Shown here in pieces: positions 25,839-37,862 of a DNA stretch of 64,000 nucleotides (within the stretch, counting starts at the first letter, position 1; each line of letters opens with the position of its first letter). The DNA comes from Patellaria atrata CBS 101060 (lineage: Eukaryota): contig MU006100.1 in the NCBI GenBank assembly GCA_010093705.1, positions 1-64,000 of the forward strand, read 5' to 3'. The notes under the pieces are model-generated. The model saw nothing but the letters and a program-made list of their open reading frames with translations, had not been told where the DNA came from and did no database searches. The translations under genes and the position numbers were made by a program.

Positions 25839-28675
25839 GGACTTTCGAAAAAGCTGTTGGGAGCGTAGTTCATGAATTAATGGTAGGTAAATATGTATGT
25901 GTTTTAGTTCTACTCTCAGTCCTATGCGATACCTGTAGACATTTCCTCACGTTCCCGAAGTAGGTGGGATTCCTCGGTCCTTGTACGCTTGCAAAACACC
26001 TATGAACACACCTTTTATTCCCTGATATTCAACAATCTTGATCGATTAAAACGATTGAAGCTTAAGTGCGATGAGCACAACGTCCATGTTTCTTATTTTC
26101 TGTACAAAAGAGTCGCAGTTCGTCTCGAGAGTGAGCGTACAGTAGTCGAGCAATGTCAATAGAAAGAGAAAGATATTCTTTGATTAATACTGTACTTGTG
26201 CTACATCATTCCTCATAGTCGAAGAAGTGTTCATTTAGATGAGCGCCCTTATAGATCGCCATTTCTCTTCTCCGCCTAATCATTTTGTACAAATGAAGGT
26301 CTAGCCTAATCGCCGAAGCCGTTGAGACCAAGAAGTATTGGCTGAAAAATGTAGGGAATTCTGATATGTTACAGACGTAAAGAATTCAACCGTTGTGGTT
26401 TTTATCTAGAACACCGAAAAGGGAAGGAACCAAAGTGTTGACTCCTGGTTGACTGCCGAATCGCAACTTCCATTCTCAACCGGTCCCCTGAAAAGTCACA
26501 TTCCTCTTCATCTAGCGTTTGTCCTGCACTACGGCCGACGAGGACCTGCCGAAAATTTTATTTCTCTGGATATACCACTTTGTTTACTTCATCCACACCC
26601 TTTCCTTGACTTCCCTACCACAAATCACATTTCAACTTCTTGATAACTCGATCATATTGTGGGGACAAAACCCACACGACCTTCTAAATTCAGAATTAGA
26701 AGTCATTCTTCTAATTCGAGATATCTGCGGCCTTTTCAAGATGAAGATTCGCGAAGTCTTCTTCGCGAACCCCTAGAACTGGAGGGTCTATTTGGTGACG
26801 TCGGTCATCAACAGTGGTGGGACGGCTGATGAGAGTCCCACTGTCGAAGAGACCAGGAAGAGAGCATGGATGGAACGAGTCTGGCGGAATTCCTCTGATG
26901 GTGCTATTGAACGGAGCATCATCGATGCGAACTTCTTGGATGAGAACGCGATGATATCCCAGAAGATCGCGTGGGAGCTTATCGAGGATTTGATATTTAC
27001 ACCCATCTACACGCTTAACTATTCCCTACTGATCAAGCAAGGGCAAATATTTCGATGTCGTAACCTCGCGCCTCGCCGCCCATGTCCAAGTCCGATGGGG
27101 TGCGTCAAAACATCTCCTTGAATTACCCAGGGGATACGCAAGAGAAGTCGGGCTGAAGTGAGTAATAACCAAGTACGAACACAAGACACCAAAGTACTAA
27201 TCACTATTCAATAGCCCGGTAACCATGATGTGCGCTCAACTACACTCCCATCTTTCATAAAGATGGTACAACAGGACCTGTTTCGTGGGATAGTCAATGG
27301 ACAGAAGATTTTTTTGGCTTGAGTAATCGGGATGGTACAATTAATCATATTGTATCTACCTCAGCCACAAAGTCTAGATTATGCGGATAGTATCACAATG
27401 GTACCTGAGTATCAGGAAGTTCTGTACAAATGAAGGATCAGTCATCAATATTGATTCTTTTGAGTACCCTCGCTTCATATTCACTTTTCATCCCTTCATA
27501 TGGTGTCATTAATTTGTAGTAGTGTATGCTTGCTTATGATATGTGGTAAGTGTATAGTATATTGTCATCTCCAACTGTTTGGCCGCCCAGGTATACTTCA
27601 GCGGTAATGGTACTATACAGCTGACAACAAGCCCAAACCTCTAGCATGTGCCATAGATACATCGAAGGCAACAAGAAAGCGATAGTGTACATATCTCCTA
27701 GCGCTACGTATGTATAGTAGAGGTAAATAGTTTAGCCGTGCTAGAGCAAATCGTGGACGGTTATAGTAGTGTAGACTAAGCTATACACTTTAGTAACTAC
27801 TTGAAGTTGAGAACATTTACTAGAATGTAATTTGAAGACAAAGTATCATGACCTACATGTACTGATAAGAAGGACAGAGGGTTGGAAGTTCCACCTTGGT
27901 TCTGTACCTTATTTCCACCTGCGTTCAACAACGCAGCAACGCAACGTAGAAATCCACCAAACACGGAATAGCACGACTTCCACATCATATGAATGCCGTA
28001 CTCACACGCCACCAAATTCCATCTTCAAACTTCCATAAAATAACATGACCTCAGCGTCAAATATCCCCTTGTTTCTTACCCCACAATCCCCGATCAAGCC
28101 CCGAATCTCACTAAGCCCAATCAGGAAATTTGAACTCTGCCTAAGCTTTCCAACCACTATCATTGGCGAGATAAGCACGGAAAACCAAAGCTTAGCTATC
28201 TTGGCTTCCATCATGAGGCGCTCAAACTCTCATTTTTCTGTCTGTCATGAGGTGATGCTCAACATCGTCAACGGCGTACTTCTGTAGTGAAAATATCTCG
28301 CTGCAGATGCGACCATTGAGCGCGGGGATAGACTGCGAGTATGGAGAAATGGGGATGTATAAGAGCTTATTTATATGTGATTGTACAAATTTTACAATAT
28401 GAAAGTGTGTGGAAGTGTATCCTTAAAACTGCACATAAAAGTTCCCAAGATTTGCTTAAGCGGTCTTGGTGGCGTATATGTGCAGGGCTTCCATTGTAAC
28501 GTTGAGGTCATTACCGGGGAAGCTTGTGAGGGGTATAATCAGATCTGTCTGACCTCAACAGTTCTTCACTCGCCTTCACCCCCCTTAGAACCTTCTGACA
28601 CTGTGCGGGGACAAGTTTGGCTGTATCTACCTATCCTCCAACCTCAAGAAACTGTAAAATCAGTGTAACATCACA

Positions 28676-30384
28676 ATGGCTCCGTCGGAGGGGAGGATCG
28701 AGTCGCGCCATGCGACTCCAGTCGATATACCAGACGAGAACATGAGTCCTGGTCAATACATCGCGACGAGAATTCCGACTTTGAAACCGCCGATGGCAAA
28801 GGCGCCAAATCCCTTCAAGTGTCTGGTGAGCATTTCCGCATCTCAAACATACATATCATGGGGGACACCGATTTCTGACCGTGACAGGCGCTATTAAACA
28901 AACAACAATGGCTTTTCTTCCTCGTCGCCTTCTTCGCCTGGTCTTGGGACGCCTTCGATTTCTTCACCGTCTCCCTGACCGTCGAGCACCTCGCCGAGAC
29001 CTTCGAAAAATCCAAAGCAGACATCACCTGGGGCATTACTCTCGTGCTCATGTTGCGATCTGTCGGTGCCGTCATTTTCGGTATCGCTGCAGATAGATAT
29101 GGGCGTAAATGGCCGTTTGTTGTTAATAACGTGCTCTTTATTATTTTGGAGCTTGCGACTGGGTTCTGCAGCACGTACAAACAGTTCTTAGGTGTACGTG
29201 CGCTTTTTGGTATCGCGATGGGTGGACTGTATGGCAATGCGGCTGCTACGGCGCTGGAGGATTGTCCGGATGCTGCGAGAGGTATTTTGTCGGGGATGTT
29301 GCAGGAGGGATACGCTTTTGGGTATCTTCTTGCTACTGTATTTGCTCGTGCTTTTGTGAATACTGTTGGTCATGGATGGAGGCCTGTAAGTTGCGAACCA
29401 GTCCGAATGTTGATATAAGTGGCTGCTAACAGATCAAACACAGCTCTTCTGGTTTGGAGCCGGACCTCCTGTTCTCATAATCATTTTCCGTCTTTGCCTT
29501 CCGGAGACGCAAGCGTACCAAGAGAGACAGAGAGTGAGAGAATCTGATACCAACGTCGGGAAAACCTTTATTGCAGAGGGTAAGGTTGCATTAAGACGCC
29601 ACTGGTTGATCTTGATATACATGGTCCTTCTTATGGCGGGATTTAACTTCATGGTGAGCTGCTCCAGATGGTTACAACCATGTTAAAAACATAATTTCTG
29701 ACAAGTCTGAAGTCCCATGGATCCCAGGATATCTATCCCACAATGCTCTCAAATCAATTCAACTTCAGCCCCGACACAGTGACCGTAACCCAAGTCGTAG
29801 CAAACCTAGGAGCCATGACAGGCGGTACCTTAGTCGGATACTCTTCGCAAATCTTCGGCCGCCGCTTCACCATCATCTTCATCTCCATCGTTGGCGGCGC
29901 CCTACTCTACCCGTACACCTTCGTGAAAACCCACGCAGTCATCGCACCAGCATTTTTCGAGCAATTCTGTGTCCAAGGCGCATGGGGAGTTATCCCAATC
30001 CATCTCATGGAGCTTTCACCGGGCGGTTTTCGTACTTTCGTAGTTGGAACGTCGTACCAGCTCGGTAACCTCGTTTCTTCGGCATCTAGTACTATTGAAG
30101 CGACGCTTGGTGAGGGGCTTCCGTTACCGCCCAAGGAAGACGTGAAACGGTATGATTATGGAAAGGTTATTTGCATATTCATGGGGTGTGTTTACATTTA
30201 TGTTATTATCTTAACGTACATCGGGCCGGAGTATAGAGGTCGGGCCTTCGATGTGAAAGCTGATAAGGACTTGGCTGAAGCGACATATCATCGTGAAATT
30301 ATAAATACTGATTCAATTGCACGAAGAACCGGAAGCTCTGATGAGGAGAAAGGAATAACTCATGATGAAAAAGAACGGTTTTAG
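28676..30384 (+). CDS. JEN1: MFS carboxylate/H+ symporter, Jen1-like
   Basis: Four exons (28676-28825, 28888-29385, 29444-29653, 29713-30384). WDAFDFF; GIAADRYGRK (MFS motif A); Jen signature NFM|SHGSQDIYPT across intron 3. Confidence 0.92.
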
Positions 30385-30800
30385 ATAAGCCGTCCGAGAA
30401 GAGGTAGTCTCGGTGCGGCTGCGGAGAGAATATGTGTCTATTTGTTTTGGAATAGCGAGTTTGTATGAAAGGAAGTACTTACACTATCGATTTTATCTTT
30501 TTCGTTCCGTTAATTGACTCCTTGAGAACGGTGATGTATTATTACTGAATTCCGTTGCTACACACAGCCGTCAGTTGCCGTCAACCCCTCATTGGCCAAG
30601 TGGAGACTACGCCCTTTCGACGACCTACATATTGCCCGAAAACCGCATCAATTGTGCAGCTATGACTCTAAGGTTGGTTTGGTGACTTTTGAGCTTGATA
30701 TTATATATATATCTGTGCGGCAGTGAAAGGAGTAGTCGTTTCCATCTGTAGATAATTGTCGCACCGTCCGTTTCGTAAACCATCCCTGTATTTATTCAGA

Positions 30801-32331
30801 ATGACGATCAGGCCCCCAAATGCAACAAACGAGCAGTCACTACCTGTTCGTGAAAAGAGGCTTGAGCAATCTATCTCCAATGGCTCTCGACCGACCTTTG
30901 GTAGGGCTATGCGATCAGAGTTCATGTTTGATGATGACTTTATGAACCTGAATCACGGTAATCCCCCTTCTTTAACAACAAGTATCGCAATTGAAACCGC
31001 TGTCGTTGATATTAACACTGAGTAGGATCCTTCGGTACCTATCCGCGCGAGATCCGCAACGTGCTGCGTCACTACCAGGAGAAGAGCGAAGCCCGTCCTG
31101 ACCAGTTCATCCGCTACGACTACCCAAAGCATCTAGATGAGTCTCGAACCGCGATCGCGAAGCTGTTAAACGTCCCCGTTGATACAGCAGTATTCGTTCC
31201 AAATGCAACGACTGCTGTCAATACCGTGCTCCGTGGCCTGACATTCGCACCTAACGACAGAATCATCTATTTTGCAAGCATATATGGGGCTTGTGAGAAG
31301 GTTGTTGCGTATATCACTGAAATTACGCCTGCGGAATCGATCAAGATAGAGTTTGAGCACCCTGTTCCCAATGAGTGGTTGGTGCAAGAGTTCAGAAGAG
31401 TTGTCCAGAAAGAGAAAAGTGAAGGGAAGAATGTTAAAGTAGCTATCTTTGACGTTGTCAGCAGTATGCCAGGTATAAGAATGCCGTTTGAAGACTTGAC
31501 CAGGGCTTGTCGGGAACTTGGAGTACTCAGTTGTATCGACGGCGCACATGGTGTCGGCCACGTGGAGCTTGACCTCGGAAGTCTCGATCCAGACTTCTTT
31601 GTGAGCAATTGCCATAAGTGGTTGTTTGTTCCTCGAGGTTGTGCAGTTTTTGTTGTCCCAACTCGCAACCAGGAGCTTATGAGATCCACCATACCAACAT
31701 CTCACGGGTTCACTCCAAAACCAAGGTAAGTAAATTTAGCAGCATATCAGGCTATTTACCTAAAGTCTCTAGGCTTTCCGGCAAAGGTATTGGTAACCCG
31801 TTGCCGTTATCCAATAAATCACCTTTCATTACGAATTTCGAATTCGTGGGTACAATTGATAATTCACCGTATCTTTGCATCCCCGCCGGAATCGAGTATC
31901 GTTCAAGTATAGGCGGAGAGAAAGCAATCCGTGATTATTGCTTCAATCTTGCCAAAACCGCCGGTCAACTCCTTTCGACCGAGCTAGGGACCGAGATCCT
32001 AGAGGACGAAGAGAACCACGGAAATTCCAATTTTAGTAACGTCAAACTTCCAATAGAGCTTAACCGCCTCGATATCATGGTGGAAAATGCGCAAGTAAAC
32101 CTACCAGACGTAGGTATAACTGTTAGAGACTGGTTGACGATGAGAATGGTTAGGGAGTACAGTACGTTCATGGCGCTTATTGGGTATAAGGGGGCCATCT
32201 GGATTCGAGTCAGTGCACAGATATACCTCGAACTAGCTGATTTCAAGTGGGCTGCAGAAATCTTGAAGGAGTTATGTGGTAGAGTATACAAAGGGGAGTT
32301 CTTAGACGACATCAAGAAAACTGTATCCTGA
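30801..32331 (+). CDS. PLP-dependent class V aminotransferase-fold C-S lyase (hercynylcysteine sulfoxide lyase Egt2 / LolT-like)
   Basis: Exons 30801-30957, 31026-31725, 31773-32331. [32 protein letters not shown] (PLP lysine), RVSAQIY. Confidence 0.88.
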
Positions 32332-32968
32332 TCCCCGAGTACCCAAAATGGGCAAAAGAGCATGCATCTAGTTACAGTTAGTAGATTCGGTCTTCAAATA
32401 GCGCGCACTTACTAAAGACATAATGTTTTGTGGTTATTCTTTCTTGAAACCATTTGTAAACATTTCAGCACGGCTGACACTACTTCCGGTTTCCGGATCC
32501 GACTTTCACTTTGTAAACACGCTTACAAATTCGCTTTTGTCCCCACCAGTCAATCAATTTAGTTGTCTTAGCAAGCATATATTACGGTATAACGGAAGGA
32601 GGAGCTTTAGACTTCCGATGAATTTGAACAAAGTTGTATAGAGTTTTACAAACACTGCATTTTGCGTTTTGCTTAGAAGCAGCTCTCGCTGTTCGCGCAT
32701 TGATGGATTGAGAATCAACAGGAATACTCCTAGTGGCTAAGAAGATGAGATGAGAGCATCAAGAGGATTATTGACAACATGTCCGCATAATCTATGTTTC
32801 CTCTAAATGTTTATAAAGAGACGATGACCCTCTGTAGAAGGTCAGTATAACAAGCAGGAACGCAGAACTCAGGATAACTCAAAAGCAAAGTAGAAATACA
32901 GAAGACAAGTCAAACGCAAGATCCGAAGTTCAGAACAACTTGAAAGTCGAAACCGTGCTCAAAATAAC

Positions 32969-33724
32969 ATGACCAAACCAATTACAATATACGGCAAGGG
33001 TGGTGTGAGTATTCACAATGTCTTGCATATAGCAAAATACTAAGTTTAAGCAGACCCCCAATCCACTTAAGGTCCTCATCATGCTTGAGGAACTCGGATT
33101 ACCTTTCGAGACGAAGGAAGTACAAAATGAGGACTTGAAGAAAGAGCCATATGAAAGCGTCAATCCGAACGGAAGACTCCCCGCAATTTTCGATCCGAAT
33201 ACGGATGTGACCCTCTTCGAAGTATGCAACCCATAGTTCTTTATCAATCTGTTGATCCTTTGGCTGATTGTCCATAGTCGGGCGCTATTATTGAGTATCT
33301 TGTGGAAACCTACGACAAGGAGGGGAAGTTTACCTACACCACCTCACCAGAGAAGTACCTCCTCAAGTCATGGTTAGCTTTCCAAATATCTGGCCAGGGC
33401 CCTTACTTCGGTCAAGCTGCTTGGTTTATGTTCTTCCACCCGGAGAAACTTCCATCGGTAATTGAACGCTATCAGAACGAGATCAAGCGCGTGATAGGTG
33501 TTTTCGAGAGACACTTCAAGCGCAAAGGTACGGAGTACCTTGTAGGGGACAAAGTGACCTATGTGGATCTGGCTTTTATCCCTTGGAACAGCGGTATCTC
33601 CGGGTTTCTAGTCAAGGACTGGGATTGGCGGAGCGAGCATCCTCTTACTGCTGCATGGCATGAGAAGTTGATGTCTAGGCCAGCTGTGAAAAAGATACTA
33701 GAGGAGCATGGGCCAAAGGTCTAA
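32969..33724 (+). CDS. Glutathione S-transferase (Ure2p/GST-II-like)
   Basis: Exons 32969-33004, 33054-33221, 33278-33724. TPNPLKV..LEELG, NPNGRLPAI, LFESGAI, FQISGQGPYFGQ, YLVGDKVTYVDL. Confidence 0.92.
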
Positions 33725-34159
33725 AGATTCGTTAGGTATTCAGTGTTCAAGTAGTCTTTTTCTGCGCGCGACGAGTTGTGATGTAAAAGAACGCGTAAGA
33801 AGAAGTGCGATCGTCGTAGAACATGGATTCTTCCGCATCTGTGAATTATTTCAGAACAGAATAGATAGATCTTGAATTACATTTGATGCAAATATGGGCT
33901 GAGGAAAACACTGTGCACAACTTGACGCGCTCGAAAAGACGCGACGTAATAGGGATGCCAAGCCGGCGGTGCACGGTTTATATTTCACAACGCACCGCAA
34001 CCACTCCATCATTAATATCATTGTCTTTACCGTCCCTTATCCTCTTTCAATGATCATCCAGATATTATTTACATCTAAATCAACGCAAGGAGGTTCTCGT
34101 ACTGTAAACATGACACTAAACTTCTGTTCGGCCTTGGTAACAACAGCGCAGAACTAGAA

Positions 34160-36193
34160 CTAGAACACCATACCATTCCCTGAACAGTCTGTTCTCGTGA
34201 TAGACGGTGGACTTCCCACGACAGAAGACCCTGAAATAGAAGAACTACGAGAACCCCTCCCTTCAGGGGAGTCTTGAGTGGAGTCTTGAGGGACATCGTA
34301 ATGAAGTGACATCCCTCGTCTGATGTTGAAGAGCCTGTCGGTGATTGTTGCCGCGTTTACTTTCGGTTTGGGTTCGAAAATAATGTCTTTAACCAAGGAC
34401 ACACATTCATCGATCCAGTTGTATTCTTCTCCCTGCCTATTTCTATTTTTCCGCAGATTTTCCAACCAGCTCGATACCCTTGGTTTGATGTTTCCGTTTT
34501 CATCATAAAATCGCATGTCATCACTCCCTTTCTTGCACCTTTTTCTCAGTTCAAGGACTAATTCGTGTCCTCCAACAGCGTACCCTACGACTTCACATAG
34601 GATAGCTCCGAATGACCACACGTCTCCAGTCCTCGCGTCTTCCTGATCCTCACCTCGCTCTTTAATCCAGGGGGCTGTAAACTTCCCACCATTACGTTTC
34701 GTTTTCGTTTTTGAAAGAGATGGTGTTAGTCTATGGGTTAGGTCGCATGTTGTTGTTGGTTCCGATATCTCCGTTGTACGTGATCGTCTGGGAATAGGAG
34801 AGAGCAGATCGAGCTGTGCTTTCGGGTTCGGCCTATCATCGGATACAGATCTATTTCCCTGCAGACGCCTTTTTGGTTTGATCTTAGAGAGACCGAAATC
34901 TGTGATCTTCCAGATTCCCACCGGGTATGTAACATCCTGCTCGATGTTGTTCGGGAAAAATACCAAAATGTTCTCGGGCTTGAGATCATTGTGTGTACAC
35001 GCAATTACATCCGTGGAGACCAGTCCAGAATGGAGAAACTTGAGAGCATCGGCTAGGTATCTACACTCTTGGATGACGTCTCCAGCCCACCAATGGTCTG
35101 AATTGTTCCTCCCATCTGGTGCCGCATCATTTCGTTTAGCTCTCGGCCCTTCTGTAAGTAAAGTTTCCAAGGAGAACGCTGCCAGATCATAGAATATGTG
35201 ATATGTTGGACCAACTTGGGAGAACTGTTCTTTAATCGTAGTGATATTGACCATGATTCGGGAATGTTGACTCAAGCATTCTCGGAGTGAGGTTAGATTT
35301 TCGAACTCTATTTGTTCCGCATTTCGCTCTATAACTCTTTTCACGGCCACCTTTCGCGGCTAGTGCTCGAATGATGTGATTAGTTTGTTTACTTTGATAA
35401 GATAAGAGGAACATACCTCAGTATTTTCAGTTTTAAAAGTCGAAGTTTCGTATTTCAGATGATGAGGAGCGATGACTACCTTATACACAGATCCTGTAGC
35501 ACCATCCCCGATTTTCTCTTCTGGTTCGATGTATGGAAATCGATAGTGTAACTCAGAGAGCACGTATGGCCTTGGCCTCTCTTGAATAACCAACGGACAA
35601 AACTGCCATTGATTTTTAAAGAATGAGTGTCCGTCATAGGGTCCTAGAAAGTCTTCTTTGACGAGTTCTTCTCTGGGGAATGGAAGATTCACATCGCGAC
35701 GATGGCGCTTAACGAAGATCGCCTCGAACTGATCCCATTCTTCAAACCTGATAAGGATAAGGATAGACAAAATTTTCAGATAATCTCCCATCTCGTTATT
35801 CAAATCCATCGATCGTGGATACCACAACTGGTTTCGGTAAAATCGATATCTATCCTGTTTGCACCAAAAGTCTGCTAGCTCGTGGGATAAAATAATGCTC
35901 TGATCTAAGCTTGATGTCGATGATCTAGCGAGTTGTTCAAGGTCCACGGCGATCCTCCTCTGTAATTCCTTTGACTCTCGAGGAGCTAAAGGAGGTATAC
36001 GAGCAATATTATTCGCCCATGTTGGAATCGTACCGTATCCATTCGCCCCGTTGTTGTTTTCGTTAAGCGGTAGAAGTTGCTCTCTTGATGAGCTTGACGA
36101 AGCTCTATCTCCTACCGACTGAGTATTCGAACTGGATTTACCCTGCGACGTACGTTTTCGACGACCACCGAAACAGGAAAGACAGAAAGACAT
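34160..36193 (-). CDS. Atypical fungal Ser/Thr protein kinase with N-terminal extension
   Basis: Exons 36193 (or 36217)-35417 and 35359-34160. IGDGATGSVYKV, KVAVK, EFENL, HNDLKPENIL, ITDFGLS, FTAPW, DVWSFGAIL. A further short 3' exon ending ~34037 is possible. Confidence 0.88.
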
Positions 36194-37862
36194 TATTGAG
36201 TTCGGCTCTTTGATCATTAGGGATTTGACATGGATTAATCCAATAATTTCACAGAAAACGAGTCGTCAGGAAGCTTGTGTAGAGACGACCTTTTCGAAAT
36301 AAAAGACAAGCATAGGTCTTTCACCACTATATCTTTAGCATTGTAAGTGTCAAGGAAACAATAACTGCCTCGTGGGGGTAGCAAACATAACCGCCCCGGG
36401 GCTTTTGATGCACCATCTACAGAAAATCGAGTTCGTACGGAGTACATAGCGAGAATCACGAAGTTCGACCAATGATCGCAAGATTTATGCACAAGGCTGC
36501 GGCAATCTGTCGCATCCAGCTGGAACAAGCGAGAGTGTGGGCGCCAACATATGAACACCAAAATCAGTTGGAGGGTCGCTTAAATATTCGATTTGCTTAG
36601 ATATATACACACCGGATGGCGCAGCTACCTCATCAGTCTAAAAGTCACACCGGAAAAGACCAAGCCGGTATGTCATTATTGTTTTACATTGGGGCAATAT
36701 ACATTCACTCACCCGTCAAATAGTCGCCTCGATCGTTCAGCCTTGTCATTCCATCAAATAATATCTCGCCAACCCTCGCTCAGATGCAAATCCAAGGCAA
36801 ACTTGCATAAGCACGATCAAATCTTTAGAGGCATAGGAAAAGCAATATGCGGCTCTGCAAAGTTCAAATAGCTGGTATAAATGATAGTGTCAGGAGTCTT
36901 TCTAAATCAGCCTTAGGTTTGCCGCAACTCTGCCTTGGAATATACTCTAAATAACCTTTAATTTGGCCCTTATGTCACGCTACGCCGTTCACATCGTTCT
37001 CCGGCCTAGGTTAAGCGGTTACATCACTAGAGCCCAACTAACCGCTTTCTTGGAGGATAGATTTCCTCGAGATCAATATCCAGGAGCAGCGACTAATCGA
37101 TTTGAAATAAAGGTACAACACGAACACCGTACGTGACTGACCGCAGTACTCTAATGGACATATTGAATACCGTAGGAAACAAACGATCAATGGGAATTCT
37201 ACGCTCCTGCAGAGATACCTGAGGTGAGTCTTCCCAGTCAAAACTAGATTCCCAGTGTTTCGGTCGCTGAAATAGTCACTCTCAGGAAGCCTATGAGTAT
37301 GTTAAAGATTATCTGGACTAAACTACTCTAAACTAAGTTCTCTAGACCACTAAAGAAGAAGAACGGCTGAGGCACTGTGACTTGCGTTGGCTGCCGGTCT
37401 AGTCATTGGCGCAGTGCTTGACTGGTAACTCTTATGAGTCGTCTTGGTAATTATTGCATGTACGAGCGATGTTTGGCCTTGTGAAGGCTACCGGCCGTAT
37501 TGTTTGGGCAAGTGGATCGGATTGCTCATTGCAAACTTGATCATCTGAACCGAATTGTCGGCTCTCGGGCTGGAAGTGGAACTCAATAGCACTCAACAAT
37601 ATGTTTTCATAGGTTGTGCGGAGCTTCGAAAATTGTGCGTGCTTCTAGACGAATGTTGCGCCCTCGAGGGTGGCAGCTCCACAGCCTTATCATACAGTAC
37701 AAGGCTACAATTGGTCCTATCGAAGTCATCTCACATGTGGCTGAGTGTTACGCATGCACTGCCCTCCGTCTGATAAGATGTAAAGCATCAAAACCCTTTT
37801 CGGGTCCTGTCCATATTTCCGTCCCACCGAGTTTCTGAAACCATATTTCTTTTCTCGCTAAC

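Noticed and set aside
27500..27830. TpA-rich patch as a RIP-mutated repeat remnant
   Set aside because: No partner copy, termini or coding motif could be identified in the window.
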